This document shows, in pieces, positions 37,089 to 50,060 of a DNA stretch of 64,000 nucleotides (position 1 is its first letter; each line of letters starts with the position of its first letter). This DNA comes from Octopus vulgaris. Its lineage: Eukaryota. A program made the translations under genes and the position numbers. The stretch is from contig OX597819.1 in assembly GCA_951406725.2 (NCBI GenBank), positions 68,882,001 through 68,946,000 on the forward strand, given 5' to 3'. Under the pieces are notes generated by a model. It did not search any database. It saw only the letters and a program-made list of their open reading frames with translations, and was not told the origin of the DNA.

Positions 37089-38180
37089 ACTATCTATCTA
37101 GCTGTCTATCCCTCAATCCGTCTATCTACCTATCTATGTCTCTCTGTATCTTTCTATCTATCTACTGATTAACCCCCTCCTCTCTCTCCCCCCTCTCGCT
37201 CTCTCCCTCCTTCTCTCTCTTTCTCTCTCACTCTCTGAGTCTGACTGTCTCTATCCATCATCGTTGTCATACATTTTACGTTACCTTTTCTAAATTTGTA
37301 CACATTTGTCCTTCAATCGCTGTGTTATTTTTACGATCTGATATCCCAATATCATTATCATCGCCGTCATCATCATCATTATTATCATCATCCGTTGTCA
37401 TTACTACCATCATCCCGTCATCATCAGCACCACCACTAAATCACTACCGCTAACACCGCCACCGCTATCGCCATTACTACGCCATCAGCACCAATACCAC
37501 CACCGTCACCATCATCCTCAAATTCGTCTCCTTCTTCTTCTTCTTCTTCTTCTTCTTCTTCTTCTTCTTCTTCTTCTTCTCCTTCTTCTTCTCCTCCTCC
37601 ACCTCCTCTTCCTTCTTCTTCTTCTTCTTCTTCTTCTTCTCCTTCTTCTTCTCCTCCTCCACCTCCTCTTCCTTCTTCTTCTTCTTCTTCTTCTTCTTCT
37701 TCTTCTTCTTCTTCTTCTTCTTCTTCTTCTTCTTCTTCTTCTTCTTCTTCTTCTTCTTCTTCTTCTTCTTCTTCTTCTTCGACTTCTGCATCTTCTATTT
37801 TCTCATTCTCTTCCTATTCTTCTACTTCTTTCATTCTTCATTTTCTACTCCTTACATTTCTTATTTTCTTACTCTTCTTCTCTTCTGCTCTGCTCCTTTT
37901 CTTCTCTTCCTTCTTCTTCTTTTTCTTCTTCTTCTTCTCCTTACTCCTCGTCTTCTGCTACCGCTTCTTTTTCTTCTATTCTCCTTCTCACTCTTCTTCC
38001 TCTCCTTCTCTTCTTCGTCTTATTCTTCTCCTCACTCTTCATTTCACCCGTTTTCCCCCTTCAACTTCTCTTTCACCTTCGCCTTCTTTTCCCGTCATTC
38101 CTTCCTATCCCCCGCCTCCTCATTTCCTTTTCTCCTTTTTTCCCCTCTTCCATTTTGTTCTTCCTCATATTCTTTCATTT
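36850..38180. repeat. (CT)/(CTAT)/(CAT)/(TTC)n pyrimidine-rich low-complexity region
   Basis: Directly visible. Confidence 0.9.
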
Positions 38181-38420
38181 CATTGTTTTTCTTGATTCTG
38201 TTTCCACTTTCGCTTCAAGTTACCTTGTCCTTGTCGCAAAACAGTGTTAATTATTCTAAAAACAAATTTTATAAGCACTTCTTGCTTCTTGTTATCGGCA
38301 ACCTTCGTTTTGTTGCGTTAACTCGCTTTTCTCATTTCACATTCACACACACTACCGCTACTTACATGAATACACATACATAAAGGCTCACATGTATATC
38401 TATACATATATGCGTGTAAG

Positions 38421-38464
<44 letters not shown>

Positions 38465-38496
38465 CACACATATGTATATATATATATATGTGTGTA

Positions 38497-38534
<38 letters not shown>

Positions 38535-38599
38535 TCATACATATAAGTATATATATATGTATATATATGTATGTATGTGTATATATATATATGTATATG

Positions 38600-38660
<61 letters not shown>

Positions 38661-38859
38661 ATATACATTCATTTATATTGCATGTAGGGAAACATGAGGC
38701 AGTTTAATTTATTAGTAACTGATGCCAAAGAGAAGAGAGCCACACACCGCGTCTGACCCACCACTGTCAAAAAACAAAGAAAAAATAAACAATCAAAATA
38801 ACATCGTACAACATATCCAGCGAAATGAAAGTAATAAAAGCAAAAAAAAACAAAACAGA

Positions 38860-38994
38860 ATCAACAAAAACACCGCCATCTTATTTGTCATTTGTTTTAC
38901 ACTTGGAACTGCCTACGTCGCCGATCTCACGATTCTCGTATGAGCGTTATTTGTAAAGAAACAGAAATAGGATAAGCAACTGTGAAAACTCTCT
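38860..38994 (+). promoter_or_regulatory. Candidate promoter-proximal or first-exon region
   Basis: Non-repetitive, locally CpG-containing; YY1-like CCGCCATCTT at 38873-38882; possible donor GTATGT at 38995. Confidence 0.25.
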
Positions 38995-39274
38995 GTATGT
39001 TTGTTCTGAGAGCATTGACATAAAACATAGAGACGAAATATCAGCAACGGATATTTTTTGGTTTGCTATATATTTATATGTATGTATTTAGCATTATTTT
39101 TTTTCCTTATCGTATGACGAGGTACAAAATAGAAAATTATATTGTTTTTCACCAGAGGTCGGACATCTTGTTAGACTATAACTCTTCTATACCGGTTGAT
39201 TTTCTGCTATTTATTATATTCTTGTAGACGAAATTTTTACAACCTAGACATGTATTTTTCTGTCTCTATTGCAG

Positions 39275-39301
39275 GGGTTATCAGTCGTAGAGGACGGCCC
39301 G
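39275..39301 (+). other. Candidate 27-nt microexon
   Basis: Polypyrimidine tract tttttctgtctctattgCAG| exon |GTGAGA; length is a multiple of 3. Confidence 0.4.
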
Positions 39302-39589
39302 GTGAGAATTACAATCCAATATTTGACTCAAATAAAGTTTGGACAAGTTAAAAGACACGGCGTCTAGTGACGACTGGGTAATAGTTATTATTTCGTCCAT
39401 GGGTACACAGACAGAACGGAACAGCTGTTTATATTTGTAGGGTTCTTCATTTCATTGTCTCCGAGAACGATGACAAGTTGCAAATTTATCTCATAGGAAT
39501 TGAACTCAAAGCATGAAAAACTAGAATAAACATGGCAAAGATTTCTGTATATTATAATAACAACAATGACAATACTAATGATAATAATC

Positions 39590-39710
39590 CTTTTTTCTAT
39601 AGACATAAGACCTGAAATTTGGGAGGAGGAGTTACGTCGATTACATCGACACCAGTATGCAACTGGTACTTAATTTATCGACCCTGAGAAGATGAAAGGC
39701 AACGTCGATC
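39590..39710 (-). mobile_element. SINE family B 3' fragment
   Basis: gacctgaaattttggga...gtcgattacatcgac...ggtacttaatttatcgacc...gatgaaaggcaa. Confidence 0.75.
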
Positions 39711-39737
39711 ATAATACTGATAATAATAATAATAATA

Positions 39738-40790
39738 GGATAGATTATAAGAAAGCTGGATAGATTATAAGAAAGCCTATGACATGATTCCACACTCATA
39801 AATAAGTGAATGTTTGAGCATATTCGGCATTGCAGACAACTTAAGAGAATTACCCTTAGCATGAATAAATGGTAAGTAGATCTATTCCCAGGTGACACAA
39901 CCTTAGGGAAAGTTAATATCGAAAGAGAAATTTTCCAAGGAGACTCATTATCCCCATTTAATATGTGTCTTATTTTTAATCACCCTCTCTTTATTGTTAA
40001 GGGCGGCAAAGGCAGGGCACCATTTCAGAAATAGTTGAGTAAACATTATCCATTAGCTGTACATGGATGATCTGAAGCTTTTTAGCAAGAATAAGTAAAG
40101 AGAGCGATTCCATAATACAAGCTGTAAGTCTGTTCAGCAAAGATACAGTTATGTAAATTGGCATAGATAGGTCTGCAATATTAGCCATAAACAAGTGACC
40201 GATAGTCAGCAATGAAGGTATTCCAATAACCAGATGGCCAGACATTAAAATCACCGAAAGAAGGAGAGAATCATAAGTACCTAGGAATGTTAGAATCTGA
40301 CAGAGTACTAACTATAGACATAAAAACGAAAATTGGGGAGTACATCGAGAGGGTGAGGAAGCTAATGAAGTCAAAGCTAAATGGTTCGAATCTAGTGGAG
40401 GTTGTAAATACATGAGCAGTATCGTTACTTATATATTCAGCATCTTTTTTAGACTAGACAAAATCTGAAGTAGAGAATGTAGACAGAAGACCCGGGAAGG
40501 AATCAATATGAATGGTGGACCTGAACCAAGGAGTGGAGAAGCAAGATTATACTTATCTAGAATGGAATGTGGATGATGGTTAATATTTGTAAACGGCTGC
40601 ATGGAGTTTTCTACAGTAGATATAACCTCCTATGTAGGTAATTGGGAAGAAAATTTATTAAGAGCTTCTTGAGTCACAGTAGGACACGGGGAGACCAAAA
40701 CGCCAAATGAAGTTGAAAATCAAAGAAAAGGGAGAAAGATTATGTGATTGGCAAGAGAAGAAATTCCATGGTAGATTCTCAAAGATTTAC
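39738..40790 (+). mobile_element. Degraded R4/Dong-type retrotransposon RT fragment (family 3)
   Basis: WIDYKKAYDMIPHS, IFQGDSLSP (~39930), YMDDLKLF (40060), YLGMLE, RVRKLMKSKLNG, WQEKKFHGRF with many stops; begins directly after (TAA)n. Confidence 0.88.
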
Positions 40791-42369
40791 AATGGAATTC
40801 AATTCATGACTAGTTACTTTGATTTATTGGCACAAGAAGTATGCGTAGCAAAGGGGATTTCATGAATATAAAAAGATGACTTAAATGACTGTCTCTGTAT
40901 GACGCAAGGTATTACATACGGTACTGCATGCAAACTGACAGCATTTACACACTTCCATTACCTTTGAAATCCACATCTCCACCACGGCTATTTTTGCCTA
41001 TGTGGGACGTGTTAGCTGCTGTTGCCTCTGTGTCTTTGCCACGACACTCTAGAATATCATACCTATAACAATTCATTCCTATATACGTTCTGATTACTTT
41101 TCCTTCTATTTGAAAGAGAATATTCTCCCGAAATATTTTACTTTCAATAAACTAACTGTATAACATAATACAGTATCTTTCCTATATTTTCATTCATTGA
41201 CATTCCCTTACACATTTGAATTAAATTTTCTGCTGCATTGCAGAGAAATTTGCAAGCATTTATCACATTCTTCGTCTTGATAGAATTCCGACCTAACCGA
41301 TTTTATTAAAGGGGACATTTGTGTGATGTGCATTGCAGTGGAGGTCTAAATCAAGATTAGCAGTTCTAAAGAAAAATTCTTAAACAAGCCGTAACATATT
41401 TTACATACTTACTAGTCATGCTGGAGTACTGGCATTTTGCAACATATATACAAATTGATTTATACAATACACCTTGCAGAATTGTCTAAAAACATGTTTC
41501 TAATTGAAACAGCGAATAGAAGCTGATTTATGTAGCATTATATATTGCATTATAAATTTAGTCTCTTCGTATATCTCACATTTATGAATATGAATGAAAT
41601 AATGGAAATAAAAACGCGTTGCGTGTAAATCAGTTGTTCTTTGGCATAGAGCGACATTACATAATATTTGCATGAAATGGTAATGCAATTTGTAATAAAT
41701 TATAGAGAAATAAGATTATATATATTACAAAATTGCTATTATTGCATAATATCAACGATCATGATCAAGAAGAAGGCGGAGATCAACAAATGATATGATG
41801 ATAACAATGGTTTGAAGTTTTGGAACAAGACGAGCCACTTCGGGTAAGAGCGTAAATCTATTAAATCTACTTTTAGTGTGCTTAAGTGAAATTATTTTAT
41901 TGACCCTGGACTGATGAAAGGCAAAGTCAACTTCGGTAGATTTTGGAACTCAGAACATAAAGACAGATGAAATATGGAGTGATAATATATTGTCAAGCTA
42001 ATGTGACAGTCCCATGAAAGGGAAGAAAGCTATTGTTATTTACCCTTTGAAAATATCGTTTCCTGTTGGACTTCATACGTTTCTGTGTCCTTATGTTTTC
42101 AAAGGGAAGATAAGCACCTCCACCCAACAGCAAAGCCAGCATCCAGATATTCAGTGTCATTGCTCATCATCAGTCTGGAGTAGCATGGCTTGTTAGCTGT
42201 CGATGCCTATCCGCCTTTGAAAACATATATATTCCAAGTAAAATACACACATTGAATTTTGAAGAAAGAAATGTGGTTAAGTATTTTGCCCCGCATGCTA
42301 ATGACTCAGCGCCTTAGTAATAATAATTATAATAGCCATTATGATGTGTCTTGGGGAAATATCAGACAG

Positions 42370-42805
42370 TGACTTTCATGGCTTCTGATCATAACTGATT
42401 GGAATTGTTAGCTTGTACGTGCTTTGCTTTGGTGAAAAGGATGCGCTACAATGAATCTCCTGCTCAATATCACAAGTGTCTTTGTCAGTTGTCTGACCTT
42501 AATCAGTTGAGAATGTCACTTTGTAGCTGACAATATGTGCATCTCCGATCAGCAAGCGGAGTTTTGGGGGATTATCATACCCATGTGTTCAGAGAGTTTC
42601 TTTGGAGTTTGAATAATTCACATCTATAAACATGGGTATTTACTTCACACTTAAACAACACTTATTCAGGGACCTTTTGAGCGGGTTGGGCTACGCGACC
42701 TGAAGAAAAGGTCATGCGCCTTTTATCTTGATAAGGCGTCACTATGTCGCGTACATATGGATGTGATAGCTGGTGTACTCTTATTTGAGGGGTAGCTATG
42801 ATGGA
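42370..42805 (-). mobile_element. Diverged interspersed repeat, possibly retroelement-derived
   Basis: Complex sequence bounded by TAA-rich flanks; weak AHIVS zinc-knuckle-like remnant on the minus strand near 42530. Confidence 0.3.
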
Positions 42806-42894
42806 TATATTAGGTTTCGTATATTTATACTCCAGCGTCAATTCGGTGGCATGTGCTACTTTCTTACTCAATACTACTACTGCTGTTAATAATA

Positions 42895-43325
42895 ATCCTT
42901 TCTACTATAGTTACAAGGCCTGAAATTTGGGAGGAGGGGGTCTCGTCGATTACATCAACGCCACAGCTCAACTGTTACTTATTTCATCGACCCCGAAAAG
43001 AGCAAAGGCAAAGCCGATCGCGGTGGCATTTGAATTCAGAGCGTAAGAACGGACGAAATGCCGTTAAACGTTTAGTCTCGCATTTTAACGACCGATTCTG
43101 CTAGAATAATAGTAATAATAATCCTTTCTACTATAGGTACAAGACCTGCAATTTGGGGGAGTGGGGGGATAGTCGATTACATCGATCCCAGTACTCAACT
43201 GGTATTTACTTTACCGACCCCGAACCGATGAAAAGCAGAGTCGACATCTGCAGAATTTAAAATCAGAACGTAGCGACAAGCGAAATACCGCGATCATTTC
43301 ATTCTGCGTATCAACGATTCCGCTC
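42895..43325 (-). mobile_element. Two tandem SINE family B copies
   Basis: Each runs atcctttctactatag..aaatttggg..gtcgattacatc..cgaccccgaa..gaattt..cagaacgta..cgaaatacc. Confidence 0.8.
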
Positions 43326-43763
43326 TTAAGAAAAGTTTCCTGCATACTATTTCATTTAATATATTTTTACTCTTTTCTGTCTTAAGTTGCATGGGGTAGA
43401 CATGTTTGAACAGTAATATTTGCTAAGAATTATGACATAAATGAAGCAGAAAAAGAAATGAAATAGGATTTGGCGAGAATCGGTATTTAATAACAAGACT
43501 ATAATGATATATTTCTTCTAAAACATATAATTTCGTAATCCACTTTGTTATCTTGTCTAATGTCTTGCAGAATAAGAGATAGATTTCGTCTAGACATGAC
43601 GTGTCTCACTACATGTGAAATATTTCAATATCTAAATAACGAAGGTCACTTAGACACGAACAACATATTTGTCTGGGCCACTGGATATCAATTAACTCTG
43701 ATCATATTTATGTGAATTATACTACACTCATATATATTACACACGCACTTTCTTACACACACG

Positions 43764-43815
<52 letters not shown>

Positions 43816-44129
43816 TGCGTGTGCTTGTATCTATTTCTATATATATATATATATATATGTATGTACATACACACACACACACACACACACATGTATATAT
43901 ATATATATATATATATATAAACAAAACAAAAAATGGAACAAGAACGTAACAGGCGACAACAAGACATCCGGACTGTTGGATGATACAAAACAGGACAGGA
44001 AAAAACAAAAAATACCTTAACCACTAGTCCACGCCCCTTGTGTGTACTCGTAAGTGTGTGTTAATGTGTGTATAGATGTGTATGTCTGCATGTGTGTGTT
44101 TATGTTGAACAGTTTGTATGTAACTTTCC

Positions 44130-44330
44130 TTTCCCCGATTGATATCAATGTCGGATTTGAACTTGCCTACATTGGTTGCATTTTTAACACCACCGAACTG
44201 ATAATCCAGCGATTTCTACCAATCCTGCACCGGAAATTTTCTTGTCGTTGTGCACCTTATGCACTTGTGTAAATTCTGTTTTACATTATCATTTGTGTGA
44301 GTCCTGTTGTATCCTAACAATTCCTATACT
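44130..44330 (-). mobile_element. Possible CR1-like LINE 3'-end relic
   Basis: Minus translation VKNATNVGKFKSDID resembles the terminal VV.A..V..FK..LD motif of CR1 ORF2. Confidence 0.4.
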
Positions 44331-44436
44331 ATTTCGCTTATTCACTTGCTCCTGTTATTTTCGTATTACAAACGATACTTTTGTGATAGTATATTGACTG
44401 CATCCTGTGTTTATTTAATATCTGTATGGTATTTTA

Positions 44437-44612
44437 AGGCGGCGAGCTGGCAGAGACGGTAGCACTTTGGGAAAATGCTTAGCGTTATTTCGTATGTCTT
44501 TAGGTTCTGAGTTTCGGGCTGGATAAAATAAGTACCTATTGAACACTTTTGTTCCTGTAATCAAATTAATCCATCCACAAGGCTGCGGGCCTTCTCCCAA
44601 AATTTGAAACCT
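44437..44612 (+). mobile_element. SINE family B, internally deleted
   Basis: aggcggcgagctggcagagacggtagcac...aaatgcttagcg...gataaaataagtacc. Confidence 0.75.
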
Positions 44613-46005
44613 AATTTTATGTTATTTTATACGGTATATATAAGTTAATTATAAATGTAAATGCGAGCTGCCAGAGTCTTTAGTACGGCTTATTCCGTTA
44701 ATAAGATATACAAGAGCATCGATCAAAATATACTTTCGTAAGTTATTACGGGGATTGGAGGATATGGTGGTGAATATGGTTTTATTTTCTCGGGTGATTT
44801 ATCATGGAGATGACCTTTCTCTTCCATCCCTCTAGAGTTGGAAGTAAAATACCTCAAAAGTTTATGTCTTATTCCCTAAAAAAAATCCTACCGTCCATCG
44901 CATTTGTGTATCGACTGATATTTATACTCCTTCAGATTACAAAAGGTTTACATTAGGCCCTTTAATAATACATCGTGTGGAAAAGGTAGTGGATTCCCAG
45001 AATTATTAGAGTATCCTTTAAAACGCCTTGCAGTATTTGTTGTGGCAATGTAGAGGCCAATGACCGTCGAGGTCATCTTTGTCTTTCACCCGATCAAAGT
45101 TGAAATTATAGAGTCTTAGTTTAACACAAGAGTCGATGTAATTGCCTAACCCGTTTCCCTCAAGAATGTCTGGCCTATTGCCTAAATTAGAAACAATATC
45201 ATATTGGCCATCTAATTTCTGCTTTCGACTTATTTTCGTTGTTATTTGTATTCATACTACAACACAAAGGCTACAGATTAGGTCCTCTAATATTATTGCA
45301 TTTAAATAACACGAATTTATTCATTGGACAACAGAATAATAGGCTTGATGCCAAATCAGAAGAAATAGTGTTTAATGTTGTATTTATCAACGCCAAAGAT
45401 ATTTAATGTTAAAGTTACATCGATTATAATTGAACACTCAGTAAAAGAAAACACTAAATAGATAGTCTAAAGTAACTACCGCTCTTGTCTGTGTAGAAAT
45501 CACTTATAGTATACTGTTACAAAATTGCTAGATTAATTTCCAAGTTCTTTTTGTTTGTGTGCATGATGACTTCGAAATCTATTCAGATTTAGATTCATAT
45601 AATTGACCATTCATTAGATTTTGTGTGTTTGTTTATATTGTATTTCTGTTTTAGTTTTTACTTTCTTCGGTTAACCTGAAGGGGATATGGTCATCGTTAA
45701 TAGAGAACTCTACTGGAATGAAATGAAATAGATGAAAGAAAATAGTTAAATGTCGTATTTTATTTCAGTCATATAATACTTGCGTATTGTTATATATTTT
45801 GGAGTCATTACGGTCTGTTATTTTAGCCAGTCAAAACAACGTGTGTAACATTAGATCTCCCGGAAAACTATTCTGAATCAACCCACCCTATCCAGATTAA
45901 GTCATCTCCAGAAACAAAAAAGGCAAAGATACGGCGATACAAATATTTTAAATGTGGAAGCTAAGGAAATGTGGTGTTAGATATATAGACAAAATTATAC
46001 TGTTA

Positions 46006-46048
<43 letters not shown>

Positions 46049-46699
46049 GACAAAAGAAGACACATATAAGCCCATACATATGGACATATACCAGCACACA
46101 AATAGAGCAAACAGAAAGAGATATGTGTTTATGTACATGATATCGCATTATTATTGCTATTCCCGACAAAGTATGCTTTCACCTTCTTTTGTAAAGACAT
46201 AGTCAAATGTATCTTCTGAGACTATTTTCACAGAAGAAGGATTCTACTGCTAATGCTGCCGAAGCTTCTACTACTATATATATGTATATATATATATATA
46301 CATACACAAATGCACACACGCACACATATACACACACATTCACAGCACACGGATACACATGCCCCCCCACACACATAGACATATACGATGGGCTTCCACA
46401 CAGTTCCCTTGTAGCAAATTCATTCGCAAGGCAATGATTGATCTGAAGCTTTGGTAAAACCATAAACCATGTGACTGCAAAGTGGGCTTCTTAACCACAC
46501 AGGCTTTCCTGCACTTTATACGGGCAGGTTCTGCGCTTCCGAAGTGACGAAGGTGGCAGATTTTAGAGTATGCGATTAAGTGCAAAGTTTGGAAAATTAT
46601 GATGAAGAGAGAGAGAGAGAGAAACAGAGAGAGAGAGAGAGAGAGAGAAACAGAGAGGGGAAAGAATATTATTTGCAGTTAGAAATATCAACGTTGTCA

Positions 46700-46979
46700 C
46701 CGAAACCATGAGAAATTTCAAAAATAAAAAGAAGAGAACAGAAAATTGTAAAGAAACTGATGCGGTTGGAAGGAAAATACTGGCAAGTGGTTGCGAAATG
46801 GAGAACTGAAATGCGAAGTGGAATCGCTAATTAGAGCTGTTCACAAACAAATCATTAGAATGAACATAGCAACGACAATGAGTAATATAAATCAGTCTCA
46901 TAGCAATTGCAAAATATGTGGAAAAGTGGATGAAAGCTTTATCTTCAAATTAATGGAAACTAGCACGGAGAGTGTATAA
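46700..46979 (+). mobile_element. R4/Dong-type retrotransposon relic (pre-zinc-knuckle region)
   Basis: WLRNGELKCEVESLIRAVHKQ...CKICGKVDES is homologous to WLRSSGLKAETEGFLIAAQDQ...CRICGDGQET. Confidence 0.7.
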
Positions 46980-47397
46980 AATATTTCATTACAGACATCT
47001 TCCCAAAGAATATCGTAACACCTTACACAACGATGTTCTCTGAGGGTTTCTTCCAGACGGTGGAGAGTATCGAGTCCATTGTTAATTCCAGATGAATCTG
47101 AGGTGCCAGACGTTGATAAAACTGATATGAATTTCTTCCCATTTCCCAGATAATTTACGATGCAAATTCATTGATATATATAAAAGTACCTGTACTTCCG
47201 CTCATTACAACCAGTCGTTGGGGTGCTACAATTATACAGCAGTAATCATTTCCGTTTGACAATTGTTCTATGACTCTTTAATTGTGTGTGTGTGTGCGCA
47301 CGCGCGCGCCTGTGTGCATACAACCCGTCGATCTTTTGTACAGCTTTCGTCTAGCAAATTCTACTCACACGTCGCTGATCTGGCCGAGATTCATATA

Positions 47398-47920
47398 CGT
47401 GGGTGAGTCGAAAAGTAATGCCATTTTGTTTAGGACAGGTATAATTACCAACACAGCAAGATGTATCATACATCAAAACGAAGCTGGTCGTCTGTGGATC
47501 ACATCCATACTTCTCAACATAGTCACCGTCTCTATCAATAGCAATGTTTCATCTTCGAATGAGAGCATGTATCTCTGCCCCGTAAAATTCTGTTGACTGT
47601 TCTTTGAGCCACTTCTTCACTACAGTTTTCACTTCCACCTCACTGAACTATCATCTCTTCGGCCCCATGAAAGATGATTTGAGAGGCAAATATTATTAGA
47701 GTGACGTGGAAGTGAAAACTGTAGTGAAGAAGTGGCCCAAAAAAGTCAACAGAATTTTACGGGGCAGGGATACATGCTATTAAGAGAAACGATGACTACG
47801 TTGAGAAATACTAATGTGATCCACAGAGGACCAGCTTCATTTTAATGCATGATACATGTTCATGTTTTGGTAATTATACCTGTCCTAAACAAAATGGCAT
47901 TACTTTTTGACTCACCCTCG
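47398..47920. mobile_element. Mariner-derived palindromic (foldback) MITE inserted in a SINE A copy
   Basis: TA on both sides; ~220-250-bp inverted arms; the right half translates as a mariner C-terminus YHLFGPMK..LRGK..SDVEVKTVVKKW..EFYGAGIHA..DYVEK. Confidence 0.92.
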
Positions 47921-49091
47921 TATAAAGTGTTTTATCCACAGTGACCATGCAGTTTGATAAAACGCTGTTCTATATGTTTGCGAAGCGAACTTGTTAACGA
48001 TATGTTATTGTCTGAGCCTGTGCCCATATCATATCTTTTAAAGTATAACATTGCATTAGACCATATTCTATCACATCATACACGTTACATTATTATTTCA
48101 TATATAATACAATTTTCAAAATTGCATATTGTATCATATAGCAGTATATGAATTAAAAAGACAAAAAAAAAATCAAGATACATTTACCTAATGCTATTTT
48201 TCTTTCAAAATGTATATCCTATTACATCTTATATTCATTTAGTTAAATATTTTATCAAACATATTCGTTCATAGCTTATCCGATATTGAATCTTATCATA
48301 GCTGTTCTTTAAATTATATATGACAGCCACCGATTTTGTAAACTCGTCTGTATGTTTGCAAGTTTGTCTCTATGTAGGTTTCTGTGTACGTATTTATATT
48401 TGTGTGTGTGTATATATATATATATATCTCATCGTGTTTGTGTCTGTATCTGTGTGGCTGTGTGTGCGTGTGTGTGTGTGTTATATTTAGTGATTAGCAT
48501 ATTTAGACTATATTATGGAACATATCTATGTATAATATCTACGTATAATATGAATGAATGTTCTTCAATCTTAGAATTCTCCTCTGCTACTATGATTGCA
48601 GAGTAGATTTGTATAATAATGCATTCTTCTCCGTGTGTCTAATACCTATATATTACATCTCCATTTGCATATACTTATATATTCCAGTGTCCATGTCTTT
48701 CTATTTTTGCATCTTTCGTTCAGGTTATTTTTGTGTCGGTGAAATACGAAAGTTATTATCATCTCATGTACTGTAAAACAAGATAGAGAACAGCATTATA
48801 ATACAATAGCGCACAATACATCAGAATACCTTCATTGGCATATGTTGCGGCATTATACTTACATTGAAATTTGATTTGATAGGTTTGAGACCTAAAAACC
48901 GAAAAACAAAAGGCAGAAACAAAAACAAAAATGAGAAGAAAGCTTGAGATAAAGAAAACAGTGATTATACGCATATGATTATACATATATACACACACAC
49001 ACTCACACACACACACGCACACACACACATACATATATATATATATGTATATATATATGTGTATATATATATATGAATATATATATATAAT

Positions 49092-49129
<38 letters not shown>

Positions 49130-49935
49130 TATATACACTGACACACGGTGAAGGAAATAAATATAAAAACAAAGAAAAATATATGAATAAAGAGCTTACA
49201 ATCAACCCATGTGGCTTCCTGGTCAATTTTTCGGTCAGAATGTATACAACAATCGCGTAACTGATGATTCTAATTCTACGCTGTTACTTGTCTTCAGAGA
49301 CTGAAATCTCCATTCTGAATGCAGAAGACTGAATAGCCGTCCTCTTTAACAGTAACGAAACAAACAAAAAAAAAAAAGAAAAAACAAAAACAAAAAGAAA
49401 GAAATATCTTTGTTAGTTTGTGTCCTTGTATATATGCCTGTCTCAAAGGATATGTTATTTTTCCACCAGCTATCTATTTATCTTCTTTCTGCTACTTGAT
49501 TATTCTTTCATCTACATACAATCTTTACAGTTGGACTGGTTTGCGTCTGTACGCATTTATCATTCAACTTAGTGAGCGAGTGTCCTGTCATGTCAAACAG
49601 ATATTCTGATAGTGATTCGGTAAGAATCGGTGATTAAATGATAATATGGATTGCATCTTTGTTAATATTGTCACATATATGGCTCACTACACCCGGAACT
49701 TTTGTTTTTATTTTTATACTTTAATATTTATAGTGTATGGTAACAGCGTAAAAGTATTATAGTCGGTATTATTTGGTTCAGTTTTGGATTCGATTTGTCT
49801 ATCTGCTCCATCTTACACGTTCAGGTATTTGTGATTTATGTGAATCAGTGGTCCCCGCTCTTCACGTAAGACTATAAGGAAATCACACGCATGAATAATC
49901 TCTCTCTTTATCTCTCTTCCTTTCTTTCTCACACT

Positions 49936-49984
<49 letters not shown>

Positions 49985-49994
49985 GCATACATAT

Positions 49995-50060
<66 letters not shown>

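Noticed and set aside
40790-46700. Idea that the 39738 and 46700 R4 relics are one element split by a 6-kb insertion
   Set aside because: The two relics appear to overlap in protein coordinates and no insertion boundaries are visible.
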